Notes under the pieces: generated by a model | Told to the model about the DNA's origin: nothing | Databases searched by the model: none | The model's input: the letters and a program-made list of their open reading frames with translations, nothing else | In this document: one piece after another, positions 12,201 to 23,769 of the stretch | Layout of the letters: the number at the start of each line of letters is the position of its first letter | How positions within the stretch are numbered: the first letter of the stretch is position 1 | Origin: Mayamaea pseudoterrestris | Lineage: Eukaryota | NCBI GenBank assembly: GCA_027923505.1 | Contig: BROI01000015.1 | Span: 434,001-498,000, forward strand | Direction of reading: 5' to 3' | Length of the DNA stretch: 64,000 nt | Program-made: the position numbers and the translations under genes

Positions 12201-12607
12201 TCAGTATTGCAGTCGCCTTGGCAGTTCTGAAGGTTTTCTCCATAAGGAGGCTCGCCAACATATACTAAAGCAGGAAATGATACATCTTCCTTTGTAGAGT
12301 TTGCTGATGCTTCCGTGAAATCAGTAGGTTCAGGCTTGCTCGTCGCCTCGCTCGTCTCGGAGGTTTGCTCGATGACAAATCCACTAAAATTCGGAACTCG
12401 TTCGAATCGCGAAAGATGCTTCATGTCTGCAATGTTCTTTGCATCATCGCATGAATATTTAAAGTCGTCTCCAACTTTCTCAAGTCGACAGTTGGCTTTA
12501 TCAGCTTGTGCTACAACGATGCAGTGGACGAGGACTATGGGAAGCAATACGGCGCTGCAGATTCTTCGACGCGGCGACAGCATTTTGCTCCGTTGTATTT
12601 GTTGCAT
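6222..12607 (-). CDS. Giant secreted protein (~2103 aa): signal peptide, 2 frustulin-like acidic Cys-rich domains, Pro/Ser stalk, 4 Cys-rich repeats, C-terminal LRR; 2 exons
   Basis: Intron 7902-7975 (GTAAG donor, CTGAC branch, CAG acceptor, phase 0) joins ORFs 7925-12607 and 6222-7967 in frame. Motifs CQGDCNTDDQC..CFKR..VPGC and CQGECYNDDDC..CWVR..VPGC; many PSxxPS repeats; LRR cap and repeats at the C-terminus. Confidence 0.8.
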
Positions 12608-13322
12608 AAAAAACGTAAGGGCGCTCGTCTACTTCTGGAAACTATAATAGTATGCGTATGAGCGAAGAGATGAAGCAGTAGAGGCGCGTCGTTCGGTCGT
12701 TCGAGAAATGAATGAAGGTCTTGGCTGCGAAATCAGCGATGCGACAGATCCGGGTCTTGAAACGGTGGTCAAGGTATCTTCGTCAACAGCCTCGAATAAA
12801 AGGAATGTCACGAAACCGATGAAGCAGTAGTCACGAAACATCAACGAGCGAGGCGAGCCGATGATTCTCTTGTCCACACATTCGATGAGTTTTTAGCGCG
12901 TTGATCGTGATTGCAATCAATTTCTCGAGAAAAGCAGGTAAAAAGTTGGCAGAAGATTACTACACATTGAATCTGACGACTAGGATGAATCCGCCACAGA
13001 GTATGGCAGAAGAAGGAAGCCTGAAACATGAGCAAAGGGGAAGCAAAGACTTGACCTTTTACTACTAGCTACTAGCTCACGAATCAGAAGAGCAGGTACG
13101 AATGCATGATTCTAGACCAGGTGATAATACATACACATATCCTGCGAATACTTTTGCAGCTAATCGGATTGAAAATATACGGTTTAGGAGTAAGAGCGAA
13201 CGAGTGATCGCGGCTAGACGTCTGTCAATCGGTGGCTTCCGCGGATTCACGCGAATTCATCATTCACCACTATTGTGCGGCATGCGGCTGTTCTAGCGTA
13301 AGTAATAATCTACCGAGTCATT

Positions 13323-15224
13323 TTACCTACTTACCCAAGTATGGAGTGTAACCGTAGATGCGCCGATCATTGCAAGTAATCCAAAGGCAATAACAAGCCG
13401 GTTTCCCCACAAGCGCTGGGTCGAGATGTTTGGCACGAGATATGAATGGATCAAAGGAGGAAAGACAAAAGAAAGCGGACAACCAAGCAACGATCCCATC
13501 AAGCTGACCACTTTGTCGAGCGACTCCATTGTGCAAACTGCGATTGCGGCCAAGAGCAAGATGAGCAAGCTGCTGAGGACATTTCGATGCAAGCGGACAC
13601 TGCAATTCCTGGAGTACATTGCCGCCTTGATTGAGCGAACAGTAATTTCAAGTGCCGGAAAATTCTGGAGCGGAAACGTAAAGATAACAGCAATCGAGTA
13701 GGCCAATTGGACGGTGTTAGCTTGCGAACCTATCGGTAGAGACGTCGTCAAAACTGTTTGCACTTGCGGTCCAAAGCCAGTCCAGCAGACTAGTCCAAAG
13801 ATGGTGTAAAAGGCAACGACAGCAAGAATCACAGTATTGTAGACGGAACCAAATTGTTTGCGACGTTCGACGCCATGTACAGCTTCTTGTAATGGAATAA
13901 GAAGCGTAATGGATCCTTCAAACAAGACGACCTTGTCGGTAACAAAAACACAACAAGACACGAGTGAGGACAACTATAACCATCAAATCATCGATATCCA
14001 GCTTAGCAACTCATGATACGTACACATGTACCAATGAAAAGATACCACGTATTCTTGTAAGGAGTAAGCGATTGAAGATGGTCCGCAATGTTAGCAATCG
14101 TTGTTGCTTCACCTTGAAAACTTTCCGCCAAGGCGTATCCAAGGCAAGTTGTCAGTCCGTATAATATAAGCGTGTTGGCAAAAAGGTTTGTGAGCGTGAG
14201 CTTTCGAATATCTCGCAGCCACGATAGCGGAACTTGTATCACAATCATGACGAGCAGCAAATGGCTTGCTGAAACAGTCAATCCAAACGCATTGTTTGCA
14301 AACGTGTGCAAATTTTGCGAAACAAAGATAAAGTACGTCAAGCACACTCCAGACTGCATCAAAGCTATTCCGGTTTTGACGATTCCTTCGCCATGCGCAC
14401 CCAGAGCTCGATATGCCAATTCTGGATACGACAAAACTGTTCGCTTGCGAGGCGTCGCGCCATGCAAAAGATTGACAATTTCCTCGCTCGCCTCTTGCTC
14501 ATATCGCCAACATTCCAACAAGCAATTTGAGGAGTATAAGAAGAAAACTGTTGTAACGACCAGCACAGGTAGCGCAACGAGATAACCTGCCGTAGCAAAA
14601 CCGTGTGGCAGATATAGAATGGCAGGTCTGTGTTTAGATGCAGATGTGAGTATAGTACAGTCTGCGAGAGAAAGAAGTCTAGGCGTTCACAATTTCAATA
14701 CGCACCCAACCATTCCTTTAATTATACCAAGAGTTGCTGCTGTCAATGTACCGCCAGTAACTTCTTCGTCTTCATCGCCTTGCTCCAAATCGGCCATGCG
14801 ATCCGAGACGGACGAAGGCAATGGCGACCAAGCCTGTCGATCTTGCGACTCCTCATGGGCCGAAATTATACTCTTCATGTAGGCATCTTCAGTTCCAGTG
14901 TCAAGCAAAATACTGAGAACCAGCTGGTGTCTTTTTCTGGAGGATTTTGTGGTTTTTCGAACCTGTGGTCGAGGTTGTCTGGACTTTTCAAGCCCAAGTT
15001 CTTTGGCAGCTGCAGCCAGCCGACTGTCATCTTTATAAGCAACGCAACAGGATAACCATACATTGAGCAACGAGCCATCAACTATTACATCAAAACAATT
15101 CTTACTTACCTTCTCCTGCGGTGTACGTTTTGAGATGAGATGTACGGCGATTGTGGTCTTCCATTGCCAGAGGGTCCGTTCCGTAATTCGATGATTCGCC
15201 CGCTGGTAGAGGTGGACGGTTCAT
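13323..15224 (-). CDS. Amino acid/auxin permease (Aa_trans) family transporter, multi-exon
   Basis: IIKGMVG|PAILYLPHGF across an intron, SYPELAYRALG, CLTYFIFVSQN, LFEGSITL, FTFPLQNFPA and many TM helices. First exon ATG at 15224 ends at a GTAAG donor near 15109; internal exon boundaries are only partly resolved. Confidence 0.85.
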
Positions 15225-15721
15225 GGAAATGTCACTCTGATGCGCAAGTGCAAATTTCTCAAATAGCTAAACACGATGCCTGGAGATGCTGTTGGCAATA
15301 TGATTTGGTCAGGAATAGAAAGACCGTCGTGTCTCGCTCGTCTCGAGAATCAATCGTGAAGTCGCACCTCGACGGCGGCGGCTGCTGCTGTTGCCACCTT
15401 TGCGCTATGCACAATGAATGCGATAAGTATTATTCAAATTATTGATGAATGCAGTCGCCTCTCTTACTTTGGGTTCTCGTAAAGCTACTACTACTTGTTT
15501 AGAAGAAAGCTGGTCGAACGAAATCTTGCCAGCGATGAAGTCCAAACCAAAACCGGTGCGATCTTTGTAAATTCATCGACAAGGCAGGTTGCGCACATAT
15601 AACAGGTGCGGGCCAGCAATTCCAAGTTGAGAATGGGAAGTTACGACTACTACTACCAGTAGAGTTTGATGATGGAAATAAATGTCTGGCTATGCACGAC
15701 AAGGCATACTGCAACTCATAT

Positions 15722-17298
15722 TTACGACTCGTTTACTTCAATTTTTGTGCCCTTCCGAATCTGTCCCCAACCAATCAGTCTCCAGTGCTTGTCAACGCGG
15801 CGACTCAAAGCAATCTTTTCGCCTTCCTCCGTACACACAGGCTGCGTCAACGCAATCTTGGCAAGTTCGCCCTTGACCGCACTCACACGGCCACCCGTGG
15901 CAGTCGATCCAATGTTGACCATGAGAATCTCAGCTTTGCTCAACTTTTGAACCTTGGCTTGCTTGCCTCCGTCACTCGTTTTGACTCCGAGCAGTCGTCG
16001 CAACAAGTAGTAACTTATTTCGATTTCCGAGTAAACATCCGGCAATTGTCCCTTCAAACCGAGCACCTGGCCAACCAGCCGATCAGCTCGTGTCAACGTT
16101 GGATCGATCTTCGTACCAACACCAATTAAACCTCCCGGCACTGCATATTGCAAATCATTTTGTTCAGCATACAGACTAAGCACCTTGCTATAAATAGGCG
16201 TGCATATCATCTTGTCATCCTGCTTATTGACAATGCCTGGTCTAACTTCAATTTCGTCGCCCACCTTCAAAACTCCTTGCAATATACTTCCACCAGCAAC
16301 GCCTCCCTGTAAGTGGCTCACATCCTGTCCAGGTCGGTTGACATCGAAGCTTCTAATGACGATAAGCTTCGGTGGACTCGTAAAGTCGCGAATCGGCAAA
16401 GGAATCTTGCGGACCAGATACTCGCATACAATGTCCATATTATACTTGAGCACTGCCGAGATGGGAATAATGGGAGCACTATCAGCCACAGTTCCAGCGA
16501 CAAACTTGCGAATCTGCTCCTGCTGCGCCAGCGCCGCGTCTGGCTTGACCAAATCTACCTTGTTTTGCAAAATGATTATGTGCTGAAGCCGCATAATTTC
16601 CACGGCAGCCAAATGCTCGGATGTTTGCGGTTGCGGACAAGTTTCATTGCCTGCAATCAATAGCAAAGCAGCGTCCATGACGGCTGCTCCATTCAACATG
16701 GTGGCCATGAGAATGTCATGACCCGGGCAATCGACAAAGGAAACGTGACGACGAAGGCTGTATTCCTTGCCCTTTTCAATAAAGGTGTCGGCATGTGACG
16801 ATCCGCGTGACGTAAATGATGGGCCAGTAGAGTTGTCTTCAATGGCTTTTCCTTGATAAATCTTGGCATTAGCGTATCCAAGCTTGATGGTAATGTTACG
16901 CTCCAGTTCCGTCTTGAAGCGAACTGTTTGAACGCCCGAAAGCGCTTTGACGACGGTCGACTTTCCGTGAGCGACATGTCCGATTGTACCTACGTTAATG
17001 GTAGCCTGACGAGATATCTATAAAAGAGAAAAATGAAAGAATGAAAAAACAATGGGAGCATGGAATTACGGTACTCCGATCAAAAGAGGTAGCCGATCGT
17101 TTTTACAAGGGAGACGATCACTAGCATTCTTTCTCATCAAGAATTACAGCGAAGCAGCAAACTCACCACTTCTTGGGTCAAAGCTGTGATCTGATTTAAG
17201 TCTAATTTCGTGATGTCCTGCTTGGACAGATGAGGCTGTGACGGGTTCTCCATGGGCCTGACATCGTCATCGGCAGCTCCAGCGGCGAAGGCAGTCAT
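15722..17298 (-). CDS. EIF2S3: Translation initiation factor eIF2 gamma subunit, 2 exons
   Basis: Intron 17018-17166. [53 protein letters not shown] and [14 protein letters not shown] are highly conserved eIF2-gamma motifs. Confidence 0.97.
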
Positions 17299-17603
17299 GT
17301 TCTATAGTTTCCAAAAGGGTATCTCTGCAAGAACTTGCAAGAGCTTGTAAGTCGTAGAGATATAAAAATGCTTTCTTAGCCTTCTGTTTTAGCTCACAAC
17401 GTCGAGCAACGATTACGTAGGCTCGATCAATTGCAATGAGAGTCTCGAGAACAGAGCGAAACGAATGAAATGAGCGGTCGAGAAACAACAAATTTTAGTC
17501 GTACCGGTTTTTGCTGCGACACAAGCTACGTACTCTGCATTCGTCGTTACGATCCCGTGCTTATACGTTCATACAATCCTGTGAGAGTTTTTAAGTTTGC
17601 CAT

Positions 17604-19912
17604 TTATGAATCCTTACAAGGTGTTATATAGACTCCATGACATTGACAATCAGTAAATGTCAAGATCTTGAAGTATGGATTGCTCTCAGCAATCTTTTTC
17701 AGCCACTCGTTGCAAGCGCCACATGGAGCTAAGGGATTCAAATCTTTTCGCTTGGCAGATTGCTTCAAAAGAACGGTCCGCATTGAACTCTGCGTCGACG
17801 CAGCGGAGAAGAGTTCTATTCTTCTCATTTGGGGTTCGTCATCGTCATCGTCAATGACAGTCGTGGGCGTGACAGTCGGCACCATCATGAACGACGACTC
17901 CATTGGCATGTCGCTGGCATTCTGCCGCACGGGAAGAGGATTTGTTAAATGCCACTCAGTAGTATCGCCTTCGCTACCAATTGAGCTCTTGCGACTAGTC
18001 TCATCCAACGAGGCATTGCTAATCGTTCGAGGAAACGTTGACTGGGTCTTCACATCGGGCTCTTGGAATGGTACAGCCAACACGGCGAGGACCTTCAAAT
18101 CTTGTCGCTTGAGAGCTGGATTGTTGGCGAGCGCTGTTCCGATCACATTTCGTTCAGCACAGAGAGAACCGGTTGGCATGGACACTTCCATATTCGTTCC
18201 TCTGTAGATGATAGGTTCTGTATTGCGCGATCGAACTAGCAACACCGCCAAGACTGGTTTGCGAGTCTGCCGTAGCCAGAACCGGCTCAACTCGTGAGAC
18301 TCATCACGAAACATTTGCTGGACTTCCCGAGAGAATGCCTTGATTTCGTCAACAACGCGGGCTATGTCAGCATTGTCCTCAGGCGCCACAGGCAAATGGT
18401 TCGTATCAACCGGCGGAACCAGCTCCATCGCAGCGTAGGAATGCACTTCAATATCGTCAATGACGATTTTGCATTCGTGCCAAAACGTCTTGAGCTGCCA
18501 AAAATGATAGTAAATTGGTTTGTAGTCACGAAGGCCGCCTAACGATACAAGCGAAGCAAATCAATCGTGTCAGCAAGCTCTTAAAAGCAGCACTTTCTGC
18601 ACCTCTACAACTTACACTGAATCGCATACGTCCTCGCGTTACTCCCATCCGCCCATGAAAGCGTCGTCGTAAAGGAGGTGCGCCAGTCTTCTTGAAAGGG
18701 CGGCTCTTCGCCGTGTAAACTTTGCAGCGTGGGCGTATTGAAGGCATCTAACTCATGTGGATAGGGCATCCCTCGTGCGTGTGCGTCTCGATAGGCATGA
18801 ATCTGCGGCAACAAGACTTCTTTGACGAAAAGTATATTGTCATCAAAACGAAAAATATTCGAATCCGAATGTATCTGAACCACGGTAATGCTCGGGTCAA
18901 CAACGCCAACGAAGTGCTTGATGAGATCTGCACATACTGCAGTCGAGTTCGCCTTGGGATCCTGCGATGTGTCGCGCGGCGTGCCAACGCCAGTGACCAA
19001 AACCAAGACACGATGGACCTTGCTGCTGGTGCTATCTCGTTGATGCTTGAGCGCAATTTGCTGCTTCCAACGAGGCAAGAGACTGGCGAGTAATGGGAAA
19101 AAGACATGCCGCACCTGCATATTGGGTAGCATTTTCTCCTGGTCCCGCCCTCGGACGCGCACTTCAGTATTGTCCTCAACATCTACTGGACGACCAAGAT
19201 ATAAGCCGGTCGGCGTTGGAGGATGCTGAAGGTAGTCGGATGGATCGCCGCTGCCTTGCTCCGCCTTTGGCAGGATGATCGAGTATCGTGGCGAATCGTA
19301 CTGCCGCTGATAGCAGGGAAGCAGCACGAGCGACGAGGGCGACATGTTTTGACAGATCTTGCTGCAGTATTTGTGGAAGCGAGAAAAGCGAGGACGACAT
19401 AAGATAAAGGAAGATTCGTTGCATGAGTCATTGGGGCGACGTGCATCTGTCGCCATCGACGCGGCAAGTTCGAGGCCGAGCACGAGATCCGTGTGAGAAA
19501 CGTTGTGCACGAGAAGCTCCAAGTAGCGCTTCTTATTCTTCGTCTTTGATCGATCTTTCTGCTTTGCCTTTGACGGTGGCTCTGTCGTCGCCGTTCGGGT
19601 AGATTTGTCGTCGTAATTCCGTGACATTGTGGCTCTTGATGAGGTCGTCGACTCATTCGTTGGCCAAAATGTACGCCAAAGCACAAAGCTCATGAAAAGC
19701 CGAGGCTGGAACATTGCACAAACCATGCTCAACAAGTCAGTTGGGACGAAAGTATTCTTGTTTGCCCTGCTTAGTGTTGAAGTTCTCGTGTTTGATGCAG
19801 CCGTCCTTGACAGAACATAAAGCGTGGCACCCGAGCAAAGGCCCCATACAGCTGTTTGAGTAACTAACATCAGCCAAGTTTGATCACCGTCTACCGATAA
19901 TCGATGTGACAT
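17604..19912 (-). CDS. Cytidine deaminase-domain protein with large N-terminal extension (~743 aa), 2 exons
   Basis: Intron 18539-18615 (GTAAG..TAG, phase 1) joins the two ORFs in frame. C-terminal GTNMEV, SLCAERNVI and PCGAC match the CDA zinc-site signature. Confidence 0.78.
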
Positions 19913-20040
19913 GGTGGATAAAAGACAGTGGATTAGTCTCGGGAGAGACGAAGCCTCGCGAGAATGAGGAAATGGAAAATGATCTTGGACTTTCGTCCGT
20001 CATGGTCGCGAACCGCGCGAAACGTGGGCAATTGTAAACA

Positions 20041-20172
20041 TGACGTTGTTTTCACTGGCACTCGTTTCATAATATTGCCTTATGACGTAGTTTTCACTGG
20101 CACTCGTTTCACACTATTGCCATGTGACGTAATTGACACTGGCACTCGTTTCATACTATTGCCTTGTGACGT
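20041..20172. repeat. 42-bp tandem repeat, 3 copies plus a partial, each starting TGACGT
   Basis: TGACGT at 20041, 20083, 20125 and 20167; shared core CACTGGCACTCGTTTCA..TATTGCC in the three full copies. Confidence 0.95.
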
Positions 20173-20318
20173 AACTGGACGAAACGAAGCGGGTAATGAA
20201 GGTGTCGAGTCATTTGCGGTGCGATTCGGAAAATCACGACATCATGAGCTCGATGACCGTCGCGGCAGGCATTTTCTCGACTTGCTCTTTTGGTTCCACC
20301 CCTCGACTCATTTAAACC

Positions 20319-21266
20319 ATGCAAAACGGAGGGACTACGTTGACTACTCCGGATGACGAAGAAGAGGCAGATGATAACGATCAACGCGACACTGTTTCTT
20401 TTGACGAAACCGCAGAGAAGTTTAGCGAGGTTCTCGCAACAATTCCTTTCAAGGGCGAGGACACCTATGCTGCAAAGATTGACGCCGACGAATCGGACGA
20501 ACAGAGCGAAGCACTATTAACCACTGCGCATGTTCATCAGGCTTCTAGCGCGCTGAATCCGACCAGCGTGTCGGCAACAGCTGACAATGGAACAGAAGCA
20601 GCGACAATATTCAATGCTTCTCCTCCGCCATTAACAACTGGAATGAATGGAGACGCTCCATATCCAAATCCATCAGCGAACGAGCTGCTAATCGCTCATC
20701 TACCACTGACTCATGCGGCGCCATTTCGGTTCATTGCTAAAGACACATGGATGCGCGTTTGTTACACATGGGCGACGGAGAAGCGATTTAGGGAGCGACA
20801 ACTTTGGGACGTTGTCGATCCGGCTCCAGGTACTCGCATTTACATTCTTTACGACGAAACAATTTTACCAGATGAGCGCATGACGAATCCTCGCGACCCG
20901 CGTTGGGAAATCTGTGGACGCAAGGGACTAAACAGCATCTTTCGCTACAAGCACAGCAGCAAGACAGGGACGGCAAGTTTTACCTTTCCCAACAAGGCTT
21001 TTCAACTCTGCGAGACTCTATACGACAAGTTACTTTTTTGTAACTGGTGGTTATATTTGTCCAAGAGCGAGCATAAGGAAAAGACGAAGCAAATCAAGGC
21101 CAACGCCATGGATGTTGCTGTGCCGACACCCACGTTACGATTTCGCTTGCGAGCACAGGAAGACTCCTTGATCATGTCCGTCCATCGGGCAGCCCAGTCT
21201 CGGTTTCAGATGCAACATTTTCGGCAGCTACGCCAGTGTTATTGCCGATGGTCTTGTCGCACATGA
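20319..21266 (+). CDS. Hypothetical protein
   Basis: 315-aa ORF with an acidic N-terminus and a Trp-rich, globular-looking C-terminal half; no motif recognised. Confidence 0.5.
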   Translation: MQNGGTTLTTPDDEEEADDNDQRDTVSFDETAEKFSEVLATIPFKGEDTYAAKIDADESDEQSEALLTTAHVHQASSALNPTSVSATADNGTEAATIFNASPPPLTTGMNGDAPYPNPSANELLIAHLPLTHAAPFRFIAKDTWMRVCYTWATEKRFRERQLWDVVDPAPGTRIYILYDETILPDERMTNPRDPRWEICGRKGLNSIFRYKHSSKTGTASFTFPNKAFQLCETLYDKLLFCNWWLYLSKSEHKEKTKQIKANAMDVAVPTPTLRFRLRAQEDSLIMSVHRAAQSRFQMQHFRQLRQCYCRWSCRT

Positions 21267-22053
21267 GCTGGAAGGTGTTCGCAACGCAATTAATGTACTT
21301 TACAGCAATGCCTCGAGTCTTAACTGGTGTACAGCTAAAGAAGCATATATGGGCCCTGGTGTTGACACTTTGATTGGCCACCCATTTATGTAATGTGCCA
21401 GTTGAACCTGCATGATCTCATCCCAGATACTGCTCAGTAGATGCGTAGCGCACTTACTCACTGTCAATCAACTGGTCTACTTTCAAGAGCGAGCTGGTGG
21501 ATTCCTACCCTGCTGGCTTCGCTTCAACTACATGTATTCCAGAGTACTTCGCTGGTGGGTACTGCTTCACTTCTAATCCCGTACACGGTAGGTAAACCCT
21601 CAAAAACTAACATACTACCGGGCCGAACATGTCTGTGTCTGTCGTACTGGGTCTTGTCCGTTTGCGCTTTTGGATGGTTTCAACCATGGTGGGATGGAGC
21701 TCGACCGACAGCATGCCGCTCAATACTCTTTAACGACACGCGACACTTCACCAAAAAGGCTACGAGCCATATTATGAGCATGCTAGGTTCTGCATATAAT
21801 TGTTGGAAGATCTGGTTAAGTCAAGATGAACAAGCCATAGCAACGTCAAGTGTCCTGTTCGAGGACTCCCACAAGCTTTTTCGCGGGAATCCTCGATGCA
21901 GTGAGCGATCAAGAACCGTGGAACATGAAAAGAACGTGCTCTTTCCTCCATTGATGCATCTCTCATGGGTAATTAGCTTGACGACTCCCGGTAGAAGCGT
22001 CTATTGTTTGTTTGCAACCGATTCGATTTGTTGATTCCGCAGCCTAAACCGAC

Positions 22054-23670
22054 ATGCAGCCTCTTCCAATCCAACAAGATGTCGATAAGGAGTCGCTTTG
22101 GAGTCGTCTCTGTCAACGATGCCTTCCCAAGACGGCTCTTGGCGCTGGCAAGATGGCTTGCCTCGTTTCCACTTGTGCCATGCTTCTCGGCATGGCCTTG
22201 CTAATCACATCGCAAGTCCTTCAGCACCAGCATGCGCAAGACTCGGCTCCGTCGCAAACTTTTGTCGACACTACCGACTATGACAGTCTTAACCAAGAAT
22301 GGATCCACCTTCGCGAAGAGCTTGTTCCAAACATCACCCTTGTTCTTCCACACTCACCACAGGCGCGCGCTCTCATGTGGCTTTCCGCTTTGAATCAGCA
22401 AAACTCTACCAAGAGTCCATCGCCTCTCCCAATTTCGGAGCGATATGCTCTCGCCGTCCTCTACTACCATTGGACTGGATGGGCTTGGCATATTCCGCAC
22501 GAGAATTCACTTGCGGGAGGAGGCTGGAACTTGACGTACATGGCTCAAGAGATGCAACAACTGCTTGAACGTGGCGGAACAGATGAATGCGAGTGGTTTG
22601 GCGTAACATGCGCGGACAATGCTGCTGCAACTGACGGCGTCAAGACGGTTACGGGCCTGAACATGACGGGAGGGACCAACTTTTTTCTTCGTGGAACCAT
22701 CCCATCCGAGCTGGGACTCTTGAGCAACATGCAAGCCTTTTCAGTGGAAAGCAATCATTTGCTTGGGACGGTCCCGCACGAGCTGAGTGCCTGGTCGGAT
22801 TTGCGAAAGGTCTCTTTTCGCTTTAATTTACTCACTGGACTCGGTGAATCGTACAAGAGTTGGACTCAGCTTGAGGTCTTGGAGTTGGGAGAGAACAAGT
22901 TCCACGGCAACATTTCCTCGGCTGCCTTGCGCAACATGAGCAATTTACATACTCTCACGTTATCCAACAACCGGGAACTGCGCGCAGATGCTCCATTGTT
23001 CATTGATGCTGACAGCATAAATGGACCGCATTGGCCGAAGCTGGAGTACGTCTCGGTGGCTGTCACACAAGTCGAAGTTGACCTTTCATACTTTTCCGCC
23101 AAAAACTACCCCGTCTTGAAGAGCATTGACGCCGGACAAGCTGCATTCGCCGGATCGATCCCTGCGACGATTGGCGGCTTGACACATCTGGAGCTGCTCA
23201 ACATGATCAATCCCGTTGCTGGACAACTAAGCGGTTCGATTCCGTCGGAGATTGGCTTGTTGTCTGACACTCTCACGTTCCTCGCACTTGACGCGAGCGG
23301 CATTTCTGGTAGCATACCGACTGAAGTTGGCGAGCTGACCAATCTGCAACTGTTGAGCGTCATTATGAATTCAATCACTGGCTCCTTCCCGACGGAAATC
23401 GGTAATATGGCAAGTTTGGAACAGCTTTCCGTTTACCAAACCCATCTGACTGGAACCATACCAACTCAGGTCGGTCGTTGCACCAAGCTAGCCGAGCTCC
23501 AGGTCATGTACACTGATCTGACGGGAAGCATGCCGACTGAGATTTGCGCTCTTAAGGATAACACTCAGGATGAGCTCTTTATGATTGCAGCTTCCTGTGC
23601 TGTTAGAGCTAGCTCGGCAACTCAGCGGATGATAACGTGTACTTGCTGCGCCATATGTTACGGCGACTAG
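22054..23670 (+). CDS. LRR protein with N-terminal transmembrane anchor (type II)
   Basis: TM segment CLVSTCAMLLGMALLI; SPQARALMWL..ERYALAVLYY..ECEWFGVTC cap; GSIPSEIG-type LRRs; C-terminal CTCCAIC. Confidence 0.88.
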   Translation: MQPLPIQQDVDKESLWSRLCQRCLPKTALGAGKMACLVSTCAMLLGMALLITSQVLQHQHAQDSAPSQTFVDTTDYDSLNQEWIHLREELVPNITLVLPHSPQARALMWLSALNQQNSTKSPSPLPISERYALAVLYYHWTGWAWHIPHENSLAGGGWNLTYMAQEMQQLLERGGTDECEWFGVTCADNAAATDGVKTVTGLNMTGGTNFFLRGTIPSELGLLSNMQAFSVESNHLLGTVPHELSAWSDLRKVSFRFNLLTGLGESYKSWTQLEVLELGENKFHGNISSAALRNMSNLHTLTLSNNRELRADAPLFIDADSINGPHWPKLEYVSVAVTQVEVDLSYFSAKNYPVLKSIDAGQAAFAGSIPATIGGLTHLELLNMINPVAGQLSGSIPSEIGLLSDTLTFLALDASGISGSIPTEVGELTNLQLLSVIMNSITGSFPTEIGNMASLEQLSVYQTHLTGTIPTQVGRCTKLAELQVMYTDLTGSMPTEICALKDNTQDELFMIAASCAVRASSATQRMITCTCCAICYGD

Positions 23671-23769
23671 TTGGTCATGGCAATCGTTCGTCTGACGGCA
23701 GTTCCATACACATCTAACGTAAAGTTTAACGATTTATTTATTGTTGACACACTTTGTACGCCAACTGCA

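Noticed and set aside
20041..20172. 42-bp repeats as a CRISPR array
   Set aside because: Units are contiguous with no unique spacers, there are no cas genes, and the context is eukaryotic.
19964..20356. 130-aa ORF with DVVFTGTRF repeats
   Set aside because: It is simply the translation of the 42-bp repeat (a multiple of 3) in a divergent intergenic gap, with no other coding support.
21441..22034. 197-aa ORF upstream of the LRR gene
   Set aside because: No motif and a composition typical of non-coding translation; likely promoter/intergenic sequence.
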